From Nitrosopumilus maritimus SCM1 (GTDB taxonomy: Archaea; Thermoproteota; Nitrososphaeria; Nitrososphaerales; Nitrosopumilaceae), in the NCBI RefSeq assembly GCF_000018465.1, contig NC_010085.1:1410001-1442000 (forward strand): a stretch of 32,000 bases of DNA. Direction: 5' to 3'. The position numbers and the translations under genes are program-made. The notes under the pieces were generated by a model that saw only the letters and a program-made list of their open reading frames with translations, was not told the origin of the DNA and ran no database searches. This document shows, one piece after another, positions 8,528-17,869 of the stretch (position 1 is its first letter; each line of letters starts with the position of its first letter).

Positions 8528-9741
8528 TAGTTCACTACCGCCGATACTTCTGAAATGTCTGCCTTTAGTACATTTGGTTTTTCTAACACTTCCATAATTG
8601 ATTCAGTTGCTTTGAGTCCGTTTCCAGTAACATAACATACAACTTTATCATTTTTGTCAATCTTTCCTTGTTCTACCATCTTCTGTAATACTGAAACAGA
8701 TACTCCACCTGCAGGTTCTGTAAATATTCCTTCAGTCTTTGCTAGTAAAAGTATTGCATCAAGAATTTCTTTGTTATTACATTCTTCAGCAAATCCATTG
8801 TATTGTTCTAATCTTTTTAGAACATATCGCCCATCACCAGGATCTCCTATTGCAAGACTTTTTGCAACAGTGTCAGGATTCTCAACTGGAATTACATCTT
8901 TAGAATTTTTCTTAAATGCATCAACAACAGGAGCACAACCATGAGGTTGTGCTGCAATCATATGCATGTTAGATACATCATCAAGTAATGAAACTTGTTG
9001 TAGTTCTTCAAATCCTTTACATATAGCATTTAACATTGCACCGCTTCCAACTGGAACTATAAGTTGATCAGGAACATTCCAATCTAATTGCTCTGCAACT
9101 TCATAAGCTAATGTCTTTGAACCTTCAACATAATGTGAACGCATGTTAATATTTACAATTCCAATTCCTCTAGAGTCACCAATTTGAGCTGCAATTCTAT
9201 TTGCGTCATCATATGTTCCATCAACTGCAACATAGTTTGCGCCATAAGATAATGCTTGAGCAATCTTTGCCATCTCAATATTACTTGGAGCAAATACATG
9301 ACATGGGAATCCACCTTTTGCAGCATGAGCTGCAGTTGCAGATGCTAAATTACCTGTTGATGCACAGCCAACTGCAGATAATCCAAATTCTTTTGCTTTT
9401 GAGATTGCAACTCCAGCAGGTCTGTCCTTAAATGAAAATGTAGGATTTACAGAGTCATTTTTGATATAGAGATTGTTAAGATCAAGTGCTTTGCCTAGAT
9501 TTTCAGCTTTTGTTAGAGGAGTTAGTCCTGCATCAATTGACACGATGTTAGATTTGTTTTCAATTGGCAGTAATTCAAAATATCTCCAGTATGTGTGTTC
9601 ACGATTAGAAAAAGTATCTTTTGTAACTGTTGGAAAATCATATTTCACATCTAGAGGTCCAAAACAATCATCACAGATGTATTTGAAAGCAGTTTCATAC
9701 TCCTTTTTACATTCCCTACATTGCAGCGAAGTTCTAGTCAA
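8527..9741 (-). CDS. Threonine synthase family PLP enzyme with N-terminal zinc ribbon (threonine synthase or ThrC-like sulfur-transfer enzyme)
   Basis: 404 aa. N-terminal CRECKKEY...CDDC ribbon as in archaeal threonine synthases. PLP-lysine motif PTFSFKDRPAG. Starts at TTG 9741..9739, with an in-frame TAA at 9759..9757. Its stop overlaps the ATG of the downstream fusion gene by 1 nt (TAATG). Confidence 0.8.
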   Translation of the reverse strand: MTRTSLQCRECKKEYETAFKYICDDCFGPLDVKYDFPTVTKDTFSNREHTYWRYFELLPIENKSNIVSIDAGLTPLTKAENLGKALDLNNLYIKNDSVNPTFSFKDRPAGVAISKAKEFGLSAVGCASTGNLASATAAHAAKGGFPCHVFAPSNIEMAKIAQALSYGANYVAVDGTYDDANRIAAQIGDSRGIGIVNINMRSHYVEGSKTLAYEVAEQLDWNVPDQLIVPVGSGAMLNAICKGFEELQQVSLLDDVSNMHMIAAQPHGCAPVVDAFKKNSKDVIPVENPDTVAKSLAIGDPGDGRYVLKRLEQYNGFAEECNNKEILDAILLLAKTEGIFTEPAGGVSVSVLQKMVEQGKIDKNDKVVCYVTGNGLKATESIMEVLEKPNVLKADISEVSAVVN

Positions 9742-9916
9742 GATCAGTTTTTCCTCTTAAACTATAGATAAAAAATCCTAATATCAAGTTAAGTGATACT
9801 TAATTGAATACAACAAAAAATATAGTGAAAGATAGTAAAAATGTTAGAAAAATTATTTGCAATATCAAAGAAGCAATAAAAACTCGTTAAAAATCAAATT
9901 TTTCCAAAATTTTTTG

Positions 9917-10534
9917 ATGAGGAAGGTTTTTAGTGATTTTTTTTCAATGGAGCATGTGAGTAATAAAGTCATAATTCCAATAACAGGAGTAATTATTGCA
10001 ATTATTGCAATTGCTGTAGTTATGATAAATTTTGAACAACCAGAAACCATGGAAATTGAAGATACCATTGACAGAGAAATACAACCAGTTGAAGAGACCA
10101 CGCCAGAAATTCAAGAAAAATTAGATGAAATTAAAAAAATAAATCTTGAAAATACATATTCTCCTAAAGATAGAGAATGGATTACATCAGGACCGTTTCA
10201 AATTGATCGAAGTGAGTATCTTCTAGGTGAAAAAATATTTCTGAGAATTGGGGGATTGGATTATAAAGAAAAAGGACAAGTAGTATTCCTTAGGCCATTA
10301 AACATAACTCATTATGAAGTTTATTGGTCTATACCATTTGATGGTGCAGATAAACCAGCATTTAATTATTATTTACAACCACAACTCTCAAAAATAAAAG
10401 GATATTGCAGTGTAGATGACTTTGTTGGTGATTGGAGAGTCGTTTTTAGAGGAACGGATTATCAAAATTTAGAATTTAAAATAATAGAAGATATTCTTCC
10501 AGGAGATGAAAATAATTATCAACCTGTATGCTAA
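9917..10534 (+). CDS. Hypothetical N-terminally membrane-anchored protein with an extracytoplasmic beta-rich domain
   Basis: The track ORF starts at TTG 9857. I prefer ATG 9917 (a TATA-like TTAAAAATCAAA lies about 25 nt upstream) or ATG 9947. One TM helix (VIIPITGVIIAIIAIAVVMI). I recognise no family. Confidence 0.6.
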   Translation: MRKVFSDFFSMEHVSNKVIIPITGVIIAIIAIAVVMINFEQPETMEIEDTIDREIQPVEETTPEIQEKLDEIKKINLENTYSPKDREWITSGPFQIDRSEYLLGEKIFLRIGGLDYKEKGQVVFLRPLNITHYEVYWSIPFDGADKPAFNYYLQPQLSKIKGYCSVDDFVGDWRVVFRGTDYQNLEFKIIEDILPGDENNYQPVC

Positions 10535-10538
10535 GGAA

Positions 10539-10865
10539 TTATTTTAATTCATTATGAAAACAAACTCTTTCACCAGTATGACATGCAGGTCCTGATGGTT
10601 CTACCAAGTAAATTATTGCATCAGAATCACAATCAACAAGAATTTCTTTAATCTCTTGTGTGTTACCTGATTCTTCTCCTTTCATCCAAAGTTTATTTCT
10701 AGAACGACTGTAAAACCAAGATTTTCGTGTTTTCTTTGCAAGTTCTAATGATTCCCTATTAGAATAAGCAAGAGTAAGAACTTCTTTGGTATTTGCATCT
10801 TGTACGATTACAGGTACAAGGCCACCACTTTTTTCAAAATCGATATCATCAATTGTTTTATCCAT
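10539..10865 (-). CDS. hisI: Phosphoribosyl-AMP cyclohydrolase (monofunctional, no HisE domain)
   Basis: 108 aa. Motifs GGLVPVIVQD, WFYSRSRNKLWMKGEESGNTQ, DCDSDAIIYLVEPSGPACHTGERVCF. Confidence 0.9.
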   Translation of the reverse strand: MDKTIDDIDFEKSGGLVPVIVQDANTKEVLTLAYSNRESLELAKKTRKSWFYSRSRNKLWMKGEESGNTQEIKEILVDCDSDAIIYLVEPSGPACHTGERVCFHNELK

Positions 10866-10887
10866 AATTATTCATTACAGAATTTCT

Positions 10888-11724
10888 TTATAATCGTACA
10901 GAGATGTTTTTGTCTCGAAGAATTTTTTTAACTTGATTGACAGACTGGTTTTCATAGTGAAAGATTGAGGCTGCTAAAGCTGCATCAACGTCAGATTTTA
11001 CAAAGATTTCAGACATATCTTCAGGTTTGCCACAACCACCTGAAGCAATAACAGGTACAGAAACAGTATCAACTATTTTTTTGGTAAGTAAAATATCATA
11101 TCCATCCTTAGTTCCATCTTTGTCAATACTAGTTAGAAGTACTTCACCAGCTCCAAGTTCGGTTGCTTTTTTTGCCCATTGAATTGCATCAAGTCCGGTT
11201 TCTTGTTTTCCACCATAAATGAAAACTTCAAACCAGAATTTTTTTCCATTTTCTTCAAACATTGTTTTAGTAGAATCTTCAGAATAGTTTCGTTTTGCAT
11301 CTATAGCTACCACAACACACTGTTTTCCAAATATAGTCATGAGTTCAGTTAGCAATTCAGGATTTTTTACAGCTCCAGTGTTTACTCCAACTTTGTCTGC
11401 ACCACTAAGTAAAATATTTCTTGCATCATCCATACTATTCACTCCACCACCAACAGTAAATGGAATATCAATTACTTTGGCAACATTAGATACTAATTCT
11501 TTGATTGTTTTTCTTTTTTCTTGCGATGCAGTAATATCTAAAAACACTAATTCATCTGCTCCATCTTTACTATATTTGGCAGCAAGCTCTACAGGATCGC
11601 CTGCGTCTTTAATTGATTCAAAGTTTAGTCCCTTTACAACTCGGCCATTATCTACATCCAAACATGGAATAATTCTTTTAGTTAACAAGTTGTTTTGCCT
11701 CCTCAATGGAAATTTTATTTTCAT
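10888..11724 (-). CDS. hisF: Imidazole glycerol phosphate synthase, cyclase subunit
   Basis: Motifs KRIIPCLDV, DELVFLDITAS, PFTVGGGV, ASGGCG. Start is ATG 11724. An alternative TTG at 11688 would give the canonical N-terminus MLTKRIIPCLDV and an 11-nt overlap with hisA. Confidence 0.9.
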   Translation of the reverse strand: MKIKFPLRRQNNLLTKRIIPCLDVDNGRVVKGLNFESIKDAGDPVELAAKYSKDGADELVFLDITASQEKRKTIKELVSNVAKVIDIPFTVGGGVNSMDDARNILLSGADKVGVNTGAVKNPELLTELMTIFGKQCVVVAIDAKRNYSEDSTKTMFEENGKKFWFEVFIYGGKQETGLDAIQWAKKATELGAGEVLLTSIDKDGTKDGYDILLTKKIVDTVSVPVIASGGCGKPEDMSEIFVKSDVDAALAASIFHYENQSVNQVKKILRDKNISVRL

Positions 11725-12388
11725 ACAATGCTTTTCCTAGAATTACAGCAAATGCATTTTTTCTTTGTACATCAGACACATCATCAATATTTGAAATTCC
11801 ACCACTTGCAATAACATTTGCATTTTGTACAGCACATGCTTTTTCTAAATATTCCAAGTCTGGTCCTTCCAATGTTCCATCTTTACTTACATTTGTGAGT
11901 AAGAATTCAGTAAATCCCATACTCACAAATTCATTTATTGCATCTAGCAAAGGAGTCTTCGTACTCTCTTGCCAACCATGAGTAACAATGAATCCATCTA
12001 TATGATCAACTGAAATTACAATTTTTGAAAAATCATATTTTTTGGCAATTCGTTGTAACATTTCTTTATCTTTGAATGCCATAGTACCAATTACAACTCT
12101 ATTTGAAAAAGAAATTGCTCTATCAATAATTTCTTCATTACGTAAACCGCCAGCTACCTCAACAGGAATTGATAGTTCTTTAGAAATTTTTTCAATCAAA
12201 TCCAAATTACTGCCAGTCCCAATAGTAGCATCCAAATCAACAATATGCAACATATCCGCACCTGCTTTTTGCCATTTTTTGGCAACAGATACAGGATCAT
12301 CACTGTATACAGTTTTCTGTTTAGGATCTCCTTTGTATAGTCTGACTACTTGTCCGTCCATCAAGTCAATTGCAGGAATTATTTTCAT
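11678..12388 (-). CDS. hisA: ProFAR isomerase (1-(5-phosphoribosyl)-5-[(5-phosphoribosylamino)methylideneamino]imidazole-4-carboxamide isomerase)
   Basis: MKIIPAIDLMDGQVVRLYKGD, VEVAGGLR, IASGGIS. ATG 12388..12386 forms an ATGA overlap with the hisH stop. The track start at 12397 is a GTG three codons upstream. Confidence 0.9.
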   Translation of the reverse strand: MKIIPAIDLMDGQVVRLYKGDPKQKTVYSDDPVSVAKKWQKAGADMLHIVDLDATIGTGSNLDLIEKISKELSIPVEVAGGLRNEEIIDRAISFSNRVVIGTMAFKDKEMLQRIAKKYDFSKIVISVDHIDGFIVTHGWQESTKTPLLDAINEFVSMGFTEFLLTNVSKDGTLEGPDLEYLEKACAVQNANVIASGGISNIDDVSDVQRKNAFAVILGKALYENKISIEEAKQLVN

Positions 12389-12987
12389 TTTTTGCACTCT
12401 CGCAAAAAATTCTTTAGCATTAATGCACCTACATCACCAGATTTTTCTGGATGAAATTGAGTTCCAAAATAGTTATCCTTTTGAACTATAGCAGGAACTT
12501 TAACGTCATAATCAGATTCTGCAACTATCACATCCTGAGTTGTAGGATTTGCCCTATACGAATGCACAAAGTATACCCAAGAGCCATTTTCTACTCCTTC
12601 AAGAATTTTATTTTCTTTTTTTATCTCAAGTGCATTCCATCCCATGTGTGGAACCTTTAGGGTGTCAGGTAAAACGATAACATCACCGTTGATTATTCCA
12701 AGGCCTTCTTCTTTTCCTTCTTGACTTTTATCAAAAAACATCTCCATACCTAAACATATTCCAAATACAGGAGTATCACCTACAATATCAAGAAAATCTA
12801 CAGAATCACGATTGATACTTTGTATGGCAGGATCAAAATTTCCAACTCCGGGTAAGAAGATTCCATCATATCCTTTTAGCATGTCAACTTTAGTTTGAAC
12901 TTCTACTGTTGCATTTTGTTTTTCTAGTGCATTTTTGAGACTGAAAATATTTCCAGCTCCATAATCAAATATTGCAATCTTTGTCAT
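12385..12987 (-). CDS. hisH: Imidazole glycerol phosphate synthase, glutamine amidotransferase subunit
   Basis: [16 protein letters not shown], catalytic GICLGMEM, FVHSY, QFHPEKS. ATG 12987..12985 overlaps the hisB stop by 1 nt. The 18-codon upstream extension in the track ORF lies inside hisB. Confidence 0.9.
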   Translation of the reverse strand: MTKIAIFDYGAGNIFSLKNALEKQNATVEVQTKVDMLKGYDGIFLPGVGNFDPAIQSINRDSVDFLDIVGDTPVFGICLGMEMFFDKSQEGKEEGLGIINGDVIVLPDTLKVPHMGWNALEIKKENKILEGVENGSWVYFVHSYRANPTTQDVIVAESDYDVKVPAIVQKDNYFGTQFHPEKSGDVGALMLKNFLRECKK

Positions 12988-13574
12988 TACATTGCGCCTT
13001 TTGTACTTGGAATTCCTTTTTGTTTTGAATCTTTTGAGCACGCGATTCTAAATGCTACTGCAAGAGATTTCATTGCAGCCTCTACTTTGTGGTGATCATT
13101 ATCGCCATACTTTACAGTAAGGTGAATACAGCTGTTTAGATTCTGTAACAAAGATTGGAAAAAGTGTTCAAGATCTTCTTTGGATACATCCTCAATCTTT
13201 GTTCTCTTTATAGACAAAGTCAACTTGTAAAATGGTCTTTTGACTAAATCCACGGAAGCTTCAGCTAGAGACTCATCCATTGGGACAGATGCATAGCTAA
13301 ATCTAGTAACACCAGATCTATTTCCTAATGCGTCATCTATTGCATTTCCAATTGTAATTGCGGTGTCTTCAATCAAGTGGTGTACAATATTGTCTTTTGA
13401 TTTTGCTTTTACCGTTAAGTCTAACATTGCGTGTTTTCCAAATGCAGCAATCAAGTGATCAACAAAGTTTACACCGGTAGACACACTAGTCTTTCCAGTA
13501 CCATCAATGTTGACATTTACTGAAACATCAGTTTCTTTTGTTTCACGTTTGATTTTACTAGAGCGCTTTTTCAT
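12987..13574 (-). CDS. hisB: Imidazoleglycerol-phosphate dehydratase (monofunctional, no fused phosphatase domain)
   Basis: 195 aa. Motifs [44 protein letters not shown]. Confidence 0.9.
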   Translation of the reverse strand: MKKRSSKIKRETKETDVSVNVNIDGTGKTSVSTGVNFVDHLIAAFGKHAMLDLTVKAKSKDNIVHHLIEDTAITIGNAIDDALGNRSGVTRFSYASVPMDESLAEASVDLVKRPFYKLTLSIKRTKIEDVSKEDLEHFFQSLLQNLNSCIHLTVKYGDNDHHKVEAAMKSLAVAFRIACSKDSKQKGIPSTKGAM

Positions 13575-13602
13575 TTTATCACCAGAGAATACTGTTACTT
13601 TA

Positions 13603-14523
13603 TCAAACTAAATTTAATACCTTCGGAATATCATTTATCGATTCTAATATCATCTCTACGCCTGAATCGGCAAATAGTTTACGCCTATCTTCAGGATTTG
13701 TACTTGTTCCCACAATTGCACAAAAGGTTGTAGAATGTCCTGCTTGTGCTGCATCTTTTGCCATCATGTAATCTTCCATAGAATCACCTACATACAGACA
13801 GTTTTTTGATTCCATAGATTGTATAGCACGGATTAAAGTTGCAGGATTTGGTTTTGCTAGTTCTCGTGGTTCATCTTCTAAAAAGGCAGAGTTTTTTGTA
13901 TCAAAGTAATCCATCATATCTTTTAGAGAATAACGAATAGATTCAATTCCTCTGCCTGTAACAACTGCAATTTTTTTTCCAAATTCTTTTTGTAAAGTTT
14001 CTAATAGAGACACAGATAGTATTACTTTGTCATTTGAAATCATTCCTTCTTCAGAAAATTTTGATTGTTTGTCAAACAATTTTCCATAAAGTTCAGGTCC
14101 AAAGAAAAATTGATCAAAAATAGAATAAACAGGATTGTTGTGTCTGTCACCTAATGAACCAAGTTTGGATAAAAATTCTGAAACATCATAGATAGATTCA
14201 AGATATGATTGGACAGAACGTATTCCAGTTTTGTCAGTATTTGAAATTACATCATAGATAAACTCTGAGGGTTTTTTGTTTAGTTTGTTAGCTGTATACA
14301 ATGATAATATTGCAGCGTATACCAAATCAACCTCATCATTGAATCCTCCAGATGATTTGAATCCATCAATTATCTTGTGATCAATAGTTATAGAATCAAT
14401 TTTTGCAAATTCTTTTAGAACATATCTACATGTTTTATCAATTGTTTTATCATAAGATTGTGTAATATCAACTAGAACACCATCACAATCAAAGATTATT
14501 GAATCAAATTTTTGACTATCCAA
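13603..14523 (-). CDS. HAD-superfamily hydrolase with a large cap domain; candidate histidinol-phosphate phosphatase
   Basis: 306 aa. HAD motif [12 protein letters not shown], motif II VVTGR, motif III K (LAKPNP), motif [13 protein letters not shown]. Sits between hisC and hisB. Starts at TTG 14523, 3 nt after the hisC stop. Confidence 0.8.
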   Translation of the reverse strand: MDSQKFDSIIFDCDGVLVDITQSYDKTIDKTCRYVLKEFAKIDSITIDHKIIDGFKSSGGFNDEVDLVYAAILSLYTANKLNKKPSEFIYDVISNTDKTGIRSVQSYLESIYDVSEFLSKLGSLGDRHNNPVYSIFDQFFFGPELYGKLFDKQSKFSEEGMISNDKVILSVSLLETLQKEFGKKIAVVTGRGIESIRYSLKDMMDYFDTKNSAFLEDEPRELAKPNPATLIRAIQSMESKNCLYVGDSMEDYMMAKDAAQAGHSTTFCAIVGTSTNPEDRRKLFADSGVEMILESINDIPKVLNLV

Positions 14524-14526
14524 TTT

Positions 14527-15597
14527 TTATCCTAAAAGATCACGTATTGCTAAAAGGAATTTTGAATTCATTTCCTTGGTTCCAACAGTAACTCTCAAGC
14601 ATCCTGAATGTGAACCAATCTTACCTAGTTTGCGTATAGAAATCCCTTGTTCTACTAGTGCAGAGAATACGCGTTTGTCTGCGCCTTTAGCATCAAATAG
14701 TACAAAATTAGCATTGGAATCAAAAACAGTAAAGGCATCATACTTGCGCAAATTCTCAATAATTTTTTTACGCTCAGATTTGATGATTTCAGATGCCTCT
14801 TTCATTTGATCAACTTTGTCCAAAGAGGCAATTCCAGCCTCGATTGCCAATGTATTGAGAGGATACGGATATTGTAATACTTGGTTAAAGACTTCAACTA
14901 TTTTCTTGTTTGCAACAAAGTATCCTATACGTAAACCTGCAAGTCCAAATGCTTTGGAAAATGTTTTGACAACAATTAGGTTATCATATTTTTTTGTCAA
15001 TGAAACAATTGATGAGTCACCAAATTCACCATATGCCTCATCAATGATTACCAATCCATCAAATTTTTTGATTAAAGATTCTAGTTGAGCTTTTGAGAAT
15101 TGAAATCCAGTAGGATTGTTTGGAGAATCCAAATAAAGAATGTGACATTTTTTCAAGTTTGAATTGAATTTTTCAATATCAAGTTTCATGTCAGATGAAA
15201 ATGGAATTTTAGTACAAGGAATAGCATATAGTTTGCATCGTTCTTCAAAGAACCCAAATGTTGGATCAGATGTTAAAATCCTAGTTTTCTTTGAGGCCAT
15301 ATTTGCTAAAAACAGATCCAAGATTTGGTCTGAACCATTTCCAACACCAATCATATTTTCAGAAACTTTGAGATATTTTGCTAGTTTTGATACTAATTTT
15401 TCAACTCCTCCTAATGGATATTCTCTTACATCAGAATTTGATTTTGCATAAGCAATAACATCTTGTTGGAATTTTTTGCTTATTACAAAATTCTCATTTG
15501 AATCCAGTTTTAAAACATCATCAAATTTTTCAGGTTTTTTGTAACCACCTAGTTTTGCAAAGTCTTCTAATTTTTTTTCATACCACGAATTTTTCAT
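14527..15597 (-). CDS. hisC: Histidinol-phosphate aminotransferase
   Basis: 356 aa class-II aminotransferase. Motifs LDSNEN, SPNNPTG, and the PLP lysine in TFSKAFGLAGLRIGY. ATGA overlap with the hisD stop. Confidence 0.9.
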   Translation of the reverse strand: MKNSWYEKKLEDFAKLGGYKKPEKFDDVLKLDSNENFVISKKFQQDVIAYAKSNSDVREYPLGGVEKLVSKLAKYLKVSENMIGVGNGSDQILDLFLANMASKKTRILTSDPTFGFFEERCKLYAIPCTKIPFSSDMKLDIEKFNSNLKKCHILYLDSPNNPTGFQFSKAQLESLIKKFDGLVIIDEAYGEFGDSSIVSLTKKYDNLIVVKTFSKAFGLAGLRIGYFVANKKIVEVFNQVLQYPYPLNTLAIEAGIASLDKVDQMKEASEIIKSERKKIIENLRKYDAFTVFDSNANFVLFDAKGADKRVFSALVEQGISIRKLGKIGSHSGCLRVTVGTKEMNSKFLLAIRDLLG

Positions 15598-16856
15598 TTC
15601 AATCTACCTCTTACTGCTTCATAGTGATTTGGCAATCCTTCTGCTAAAGTTAGATTCTTCATAGATTTTGATATTTTCTGCAAATCTTTTTTGGTTGTTT
15701 CTATCTTTGTTAAGAGCTTGACAAAGTCTAGCACAGACAAAGAACCTCTCGTTTTACCAAATCCATTTGTGGGCAGAATGTGGTTTGAGCCTAACAAATA
15801 GTCACTAGCAGAAGAAGGACTGTTTTTTCCATATAATATCAAGCCAGGATTCTTGATTTTATTCCATTTTTTAGGATTTTTGCTGATAATTTCCAAGTGT
15901 TCAGGTGCCAGATCATTTGCAATATCGATAATATCAGAGGGTTTGCAAACACCAATGAACCCATTTGATTCAAGACTAGATTTGACAATTTTTACACGTT
16001 GAATATCTTTAAGTTTAGAGTTTACACTGGATTGAATTTTTTTTGCGATTGAATTTGACGTAGTTAATGCATAACAAAATGTATCTGAAGAGTGTTCTGC
16101 TTGGGAAATAAGGTCTAATGCTGCGACATCAACGTCTGCTGCAGAATCAATTACAATTCCCAATTCAGTAGGTCCTGCCATCATATCAATAGACACAATG
16201 TTGCTAACAAGATATTTTGCCAAAGTAACAAAAGCACCACCTGGTCCAACTATCTTGTTTACTTTTTTGATAGAACGAGTACCATATGTTAATGCAGCAA
16301 TTGATTGCACACCGCCTGTTTTGTAGATTTCAGTTGCACCACAAAGATCAGCTGCCACAATTGTTAAAGGATCAATATTTCCTGAAGAGTTAGGTGGAGA
16401 TACAACAACAATTCTTTTTACACCTGCAATCTTTGCAGGTACTACGGACATTATAGCTGAACTAGGATATCTTGCTGCACCACCTGGTACATAACATCCT
16501 ACACTATCAATTGGGACAAATGATTTTGAGAGTTTTGTTCCATTTGATTTGATAGTAATGTCTTTGAATTGACGTCGTACTGCAGATTCTGCTTTTGATA
16601 ATCTTGATTTTGCAAGTTTGATTGCAGAGATGTCTTCTTTTGAAACTTTAAAGTATGCACTAGCAATGTCACGTTGAGAAACTCTTAGTGATGAAACTTT
16701 TGCGCTAAACTTTTTTTCATATTTTTTGACAGCAACATCACCATTCTTCTTTACATCTTTGAGAATAGATTTTACAATTTTTTGGTTCTTAGAAGAGTCT
16801 TTTGTGCCTATTTTCTTTAGGAATTGTTCTGTATTATTTATCGAAATGATTTTCAT
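15594..16856 (-). CDS. hisD: Histidinol dehydrogenase
   Basis: Motifs VGCYVPGGAARYPSS, GPGGAFV, QAEHS, APEHLE. ATG 16856..16854 overlaps the hisG TGA by 1 nt. The track start at 16859 is a TTG one codon upstream. Confidence 0.9.
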   Translation of the reverse strand: MKIISINNTEQFLKKIGTKDSSKNQKIVKSILKDVKKNGDVAVKKYEKKFSAKVSSLRVSQRDIASAYFKVSKEDISAIKLAKSRLSKAESAVRRQFKDITIKSNGTKLSKSFVPIDSVGCYVPGGAARYPSSAIMSVVPAKIAGVKRIVVVSPPNSSGNIDPLTIVAADLCGATEIYKTGGVQSIAALTYGTRSIKKVNKIVGPGGAFVTLAKYLVSNIVSIDMMAGPTELGIVIDSAADVDVAALDLISQAEHSSDTFCYALTTSNSIAKKIQSSVNSKLKDIQRVKIVKSSLESNGFIGVCKPSDIIDIANDLAPEHLEIISKNPKKWNKIKNPGLILYGKNSPSSASDYLLGSNHILPTNGFGKTRGSLSVLDFVKLLTKIETTKKDLQKISKSMKNLTLAEGLPNHYEAVRGRLK

Positions 16857-17833
16857 CAATTTTCTTCGTCACGTTTGATCTCCTCAAGTTCCAGTATTTG
16901 TCGTGGTTCATGCACTACTAATCCTTGTGCAATCTTTCGCAGTTTTGGAATTATTTTGTGGAAATCTGATTTTTTGATAATAGTATTAACTCCGTGCCAA
17001 CCAGCTTCACTTAGTGGACTAATTGTAGGTTTTTTCAAAGATGGTATCTGTTTTAGTAGTTTTGGTAAATTTTTCTCTTCTACATTTAGGTAAATGTGTA
17101 GGTATTTTTTGCCATGTACTGCTCCTCGCATCAATGTAACAATATCAAAAATCTTTTCTCGTTTTGCTTTGTCTTTGAGTGATTTTTTGTTTACTATCAA
17201 GTGTGCAGTCGAAGTAAGAACTTCATCTACAATCTTTAGTTTATTTTGTTTGAGAGTAGTTCCAGTTTCAGTTACATCCATTATTGCATCTACATCCTCT
17301 GGAGGTTTTGCTTCTGTAGCACCAAAGGATAGATGAATCTGAACTGATTTGTTAGTTCCAATACGTAACCAAGGAGTAACAATTTGTGGATCTTTATTTC
17401 CAAAATATTTTTTGTAAGATTTACAGCTCTTGATAAAACGAGATGCAGTTGTAAGATATTCTGAAGATAGTCTCAAAGTCTTTTTCTTTTTAGCATAATC
17501 CGCAATCATCGCATCAAGATTCTTGTATCGATAATTATCTGGAAATGCAATAACAAGTCTAATTTTTCCATATTCCAAGTCCAAAATTGGTTCTACATCA
17601 GATTTGGTTTCACCTACCCAATCCTTGCCAGTAATTCCAACATCATACAATCCTTCATTCACTAGAGTTGGAATTTCTTGAGGTCTTAGCATTTTTACAA
17701 TAATTTTTGGATCATCAAGATATACACGATAGGTTCTGCTCTTACGATTTACCTTAGTCCAAGATCTCTCTAAGAGCTTGAATGTAGCATCCTCTAGGCT
17801 TCCCTTTGGAATTGCAAATCTGATTTCGGACAT
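16856..17833 (-). CDS. hisG: ATP phosphoribosyltransferase, long form with C-terminal regulatory domain
   Basis: MSEIRFAIPKGSLEDAT, DVGITGKDW, DVTETGTTLKQN. I prefer ATG 17833, which has GGAG 7 nt upstream and a TATA box about 26 nt upstream. The track start at 17848 is a TTG. Confidence 0.9.
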   Translation of the reverse strand: MSEIRFAIPKGSLEDATFKLLERSWTKVNRKSRTYRVYLDDPKIIVKMLRPQEIPTLVNEGLYDVGITGKDWVGETKSDVEPILDLEYGKIRLVIAFPDNYRYKNLDAMIADYAKKKKTLRLSSEYLTTASRFIKSCKSYKKYFGNKDPQIVTPWLRIGTNKSVQIHLSFGATEAKPPEDVDAIMDVTETGTTLKQNKLKIVDEVLTSTAHLIVNKKSLKDKAKREKIFDIVTLMRGAVHGKKYLHIYLNVEEKNLPKLLKQIPSLKKPTISPLSEAGWHGVNTIIKKSDFHKIIPKLRKIAQGLVVHEPRQILELEEIKRDEEN

Positions 17834-17853
17834 GGTATCTCCTTTCAATCTGT

Positions 17854-17864
17854 CTATATAATAA
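17854..17864 (-). promoter_or_regulatory. Candidate TATA box of the his operon
   Basis: The sense strand reads TTATTATATAG, centred about 26 nt upstream of the hisG ATG, in the 36-nt gap after the HMG-CoA reductase stop. Confidence 0.35.
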
Positions 17865-17869
17865 CGTCA

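Noticed and set aside
9841-9879. 12-codon mini-ORF (MLEKLFAISKKQ) in the divergent intergenic region between the ThrC-like gene and the membrane-protein gene
   Set aside because: It is too short, has no supporting signal, and is expected by chance in AT-rich DNA.
9857-9916. TTG-initiated 20-codon extension of the membrane-protein ORF (MQYQRSNKNSLKIKFFQNFL)
   Set aside because: It would place the start inside the AT-rich promoter region. ATG 9917 or 9947 lies just before the TM helix and has a TATA-like box at a suitable distance.
11339-12491. Plus-strand ORFs of 133, 91 and 149 aa antisense to hisF and hisA
   Set aside because: They lie fully within well-supported his genes on the opposite strand, and their translations are low-complexity with no motifs.
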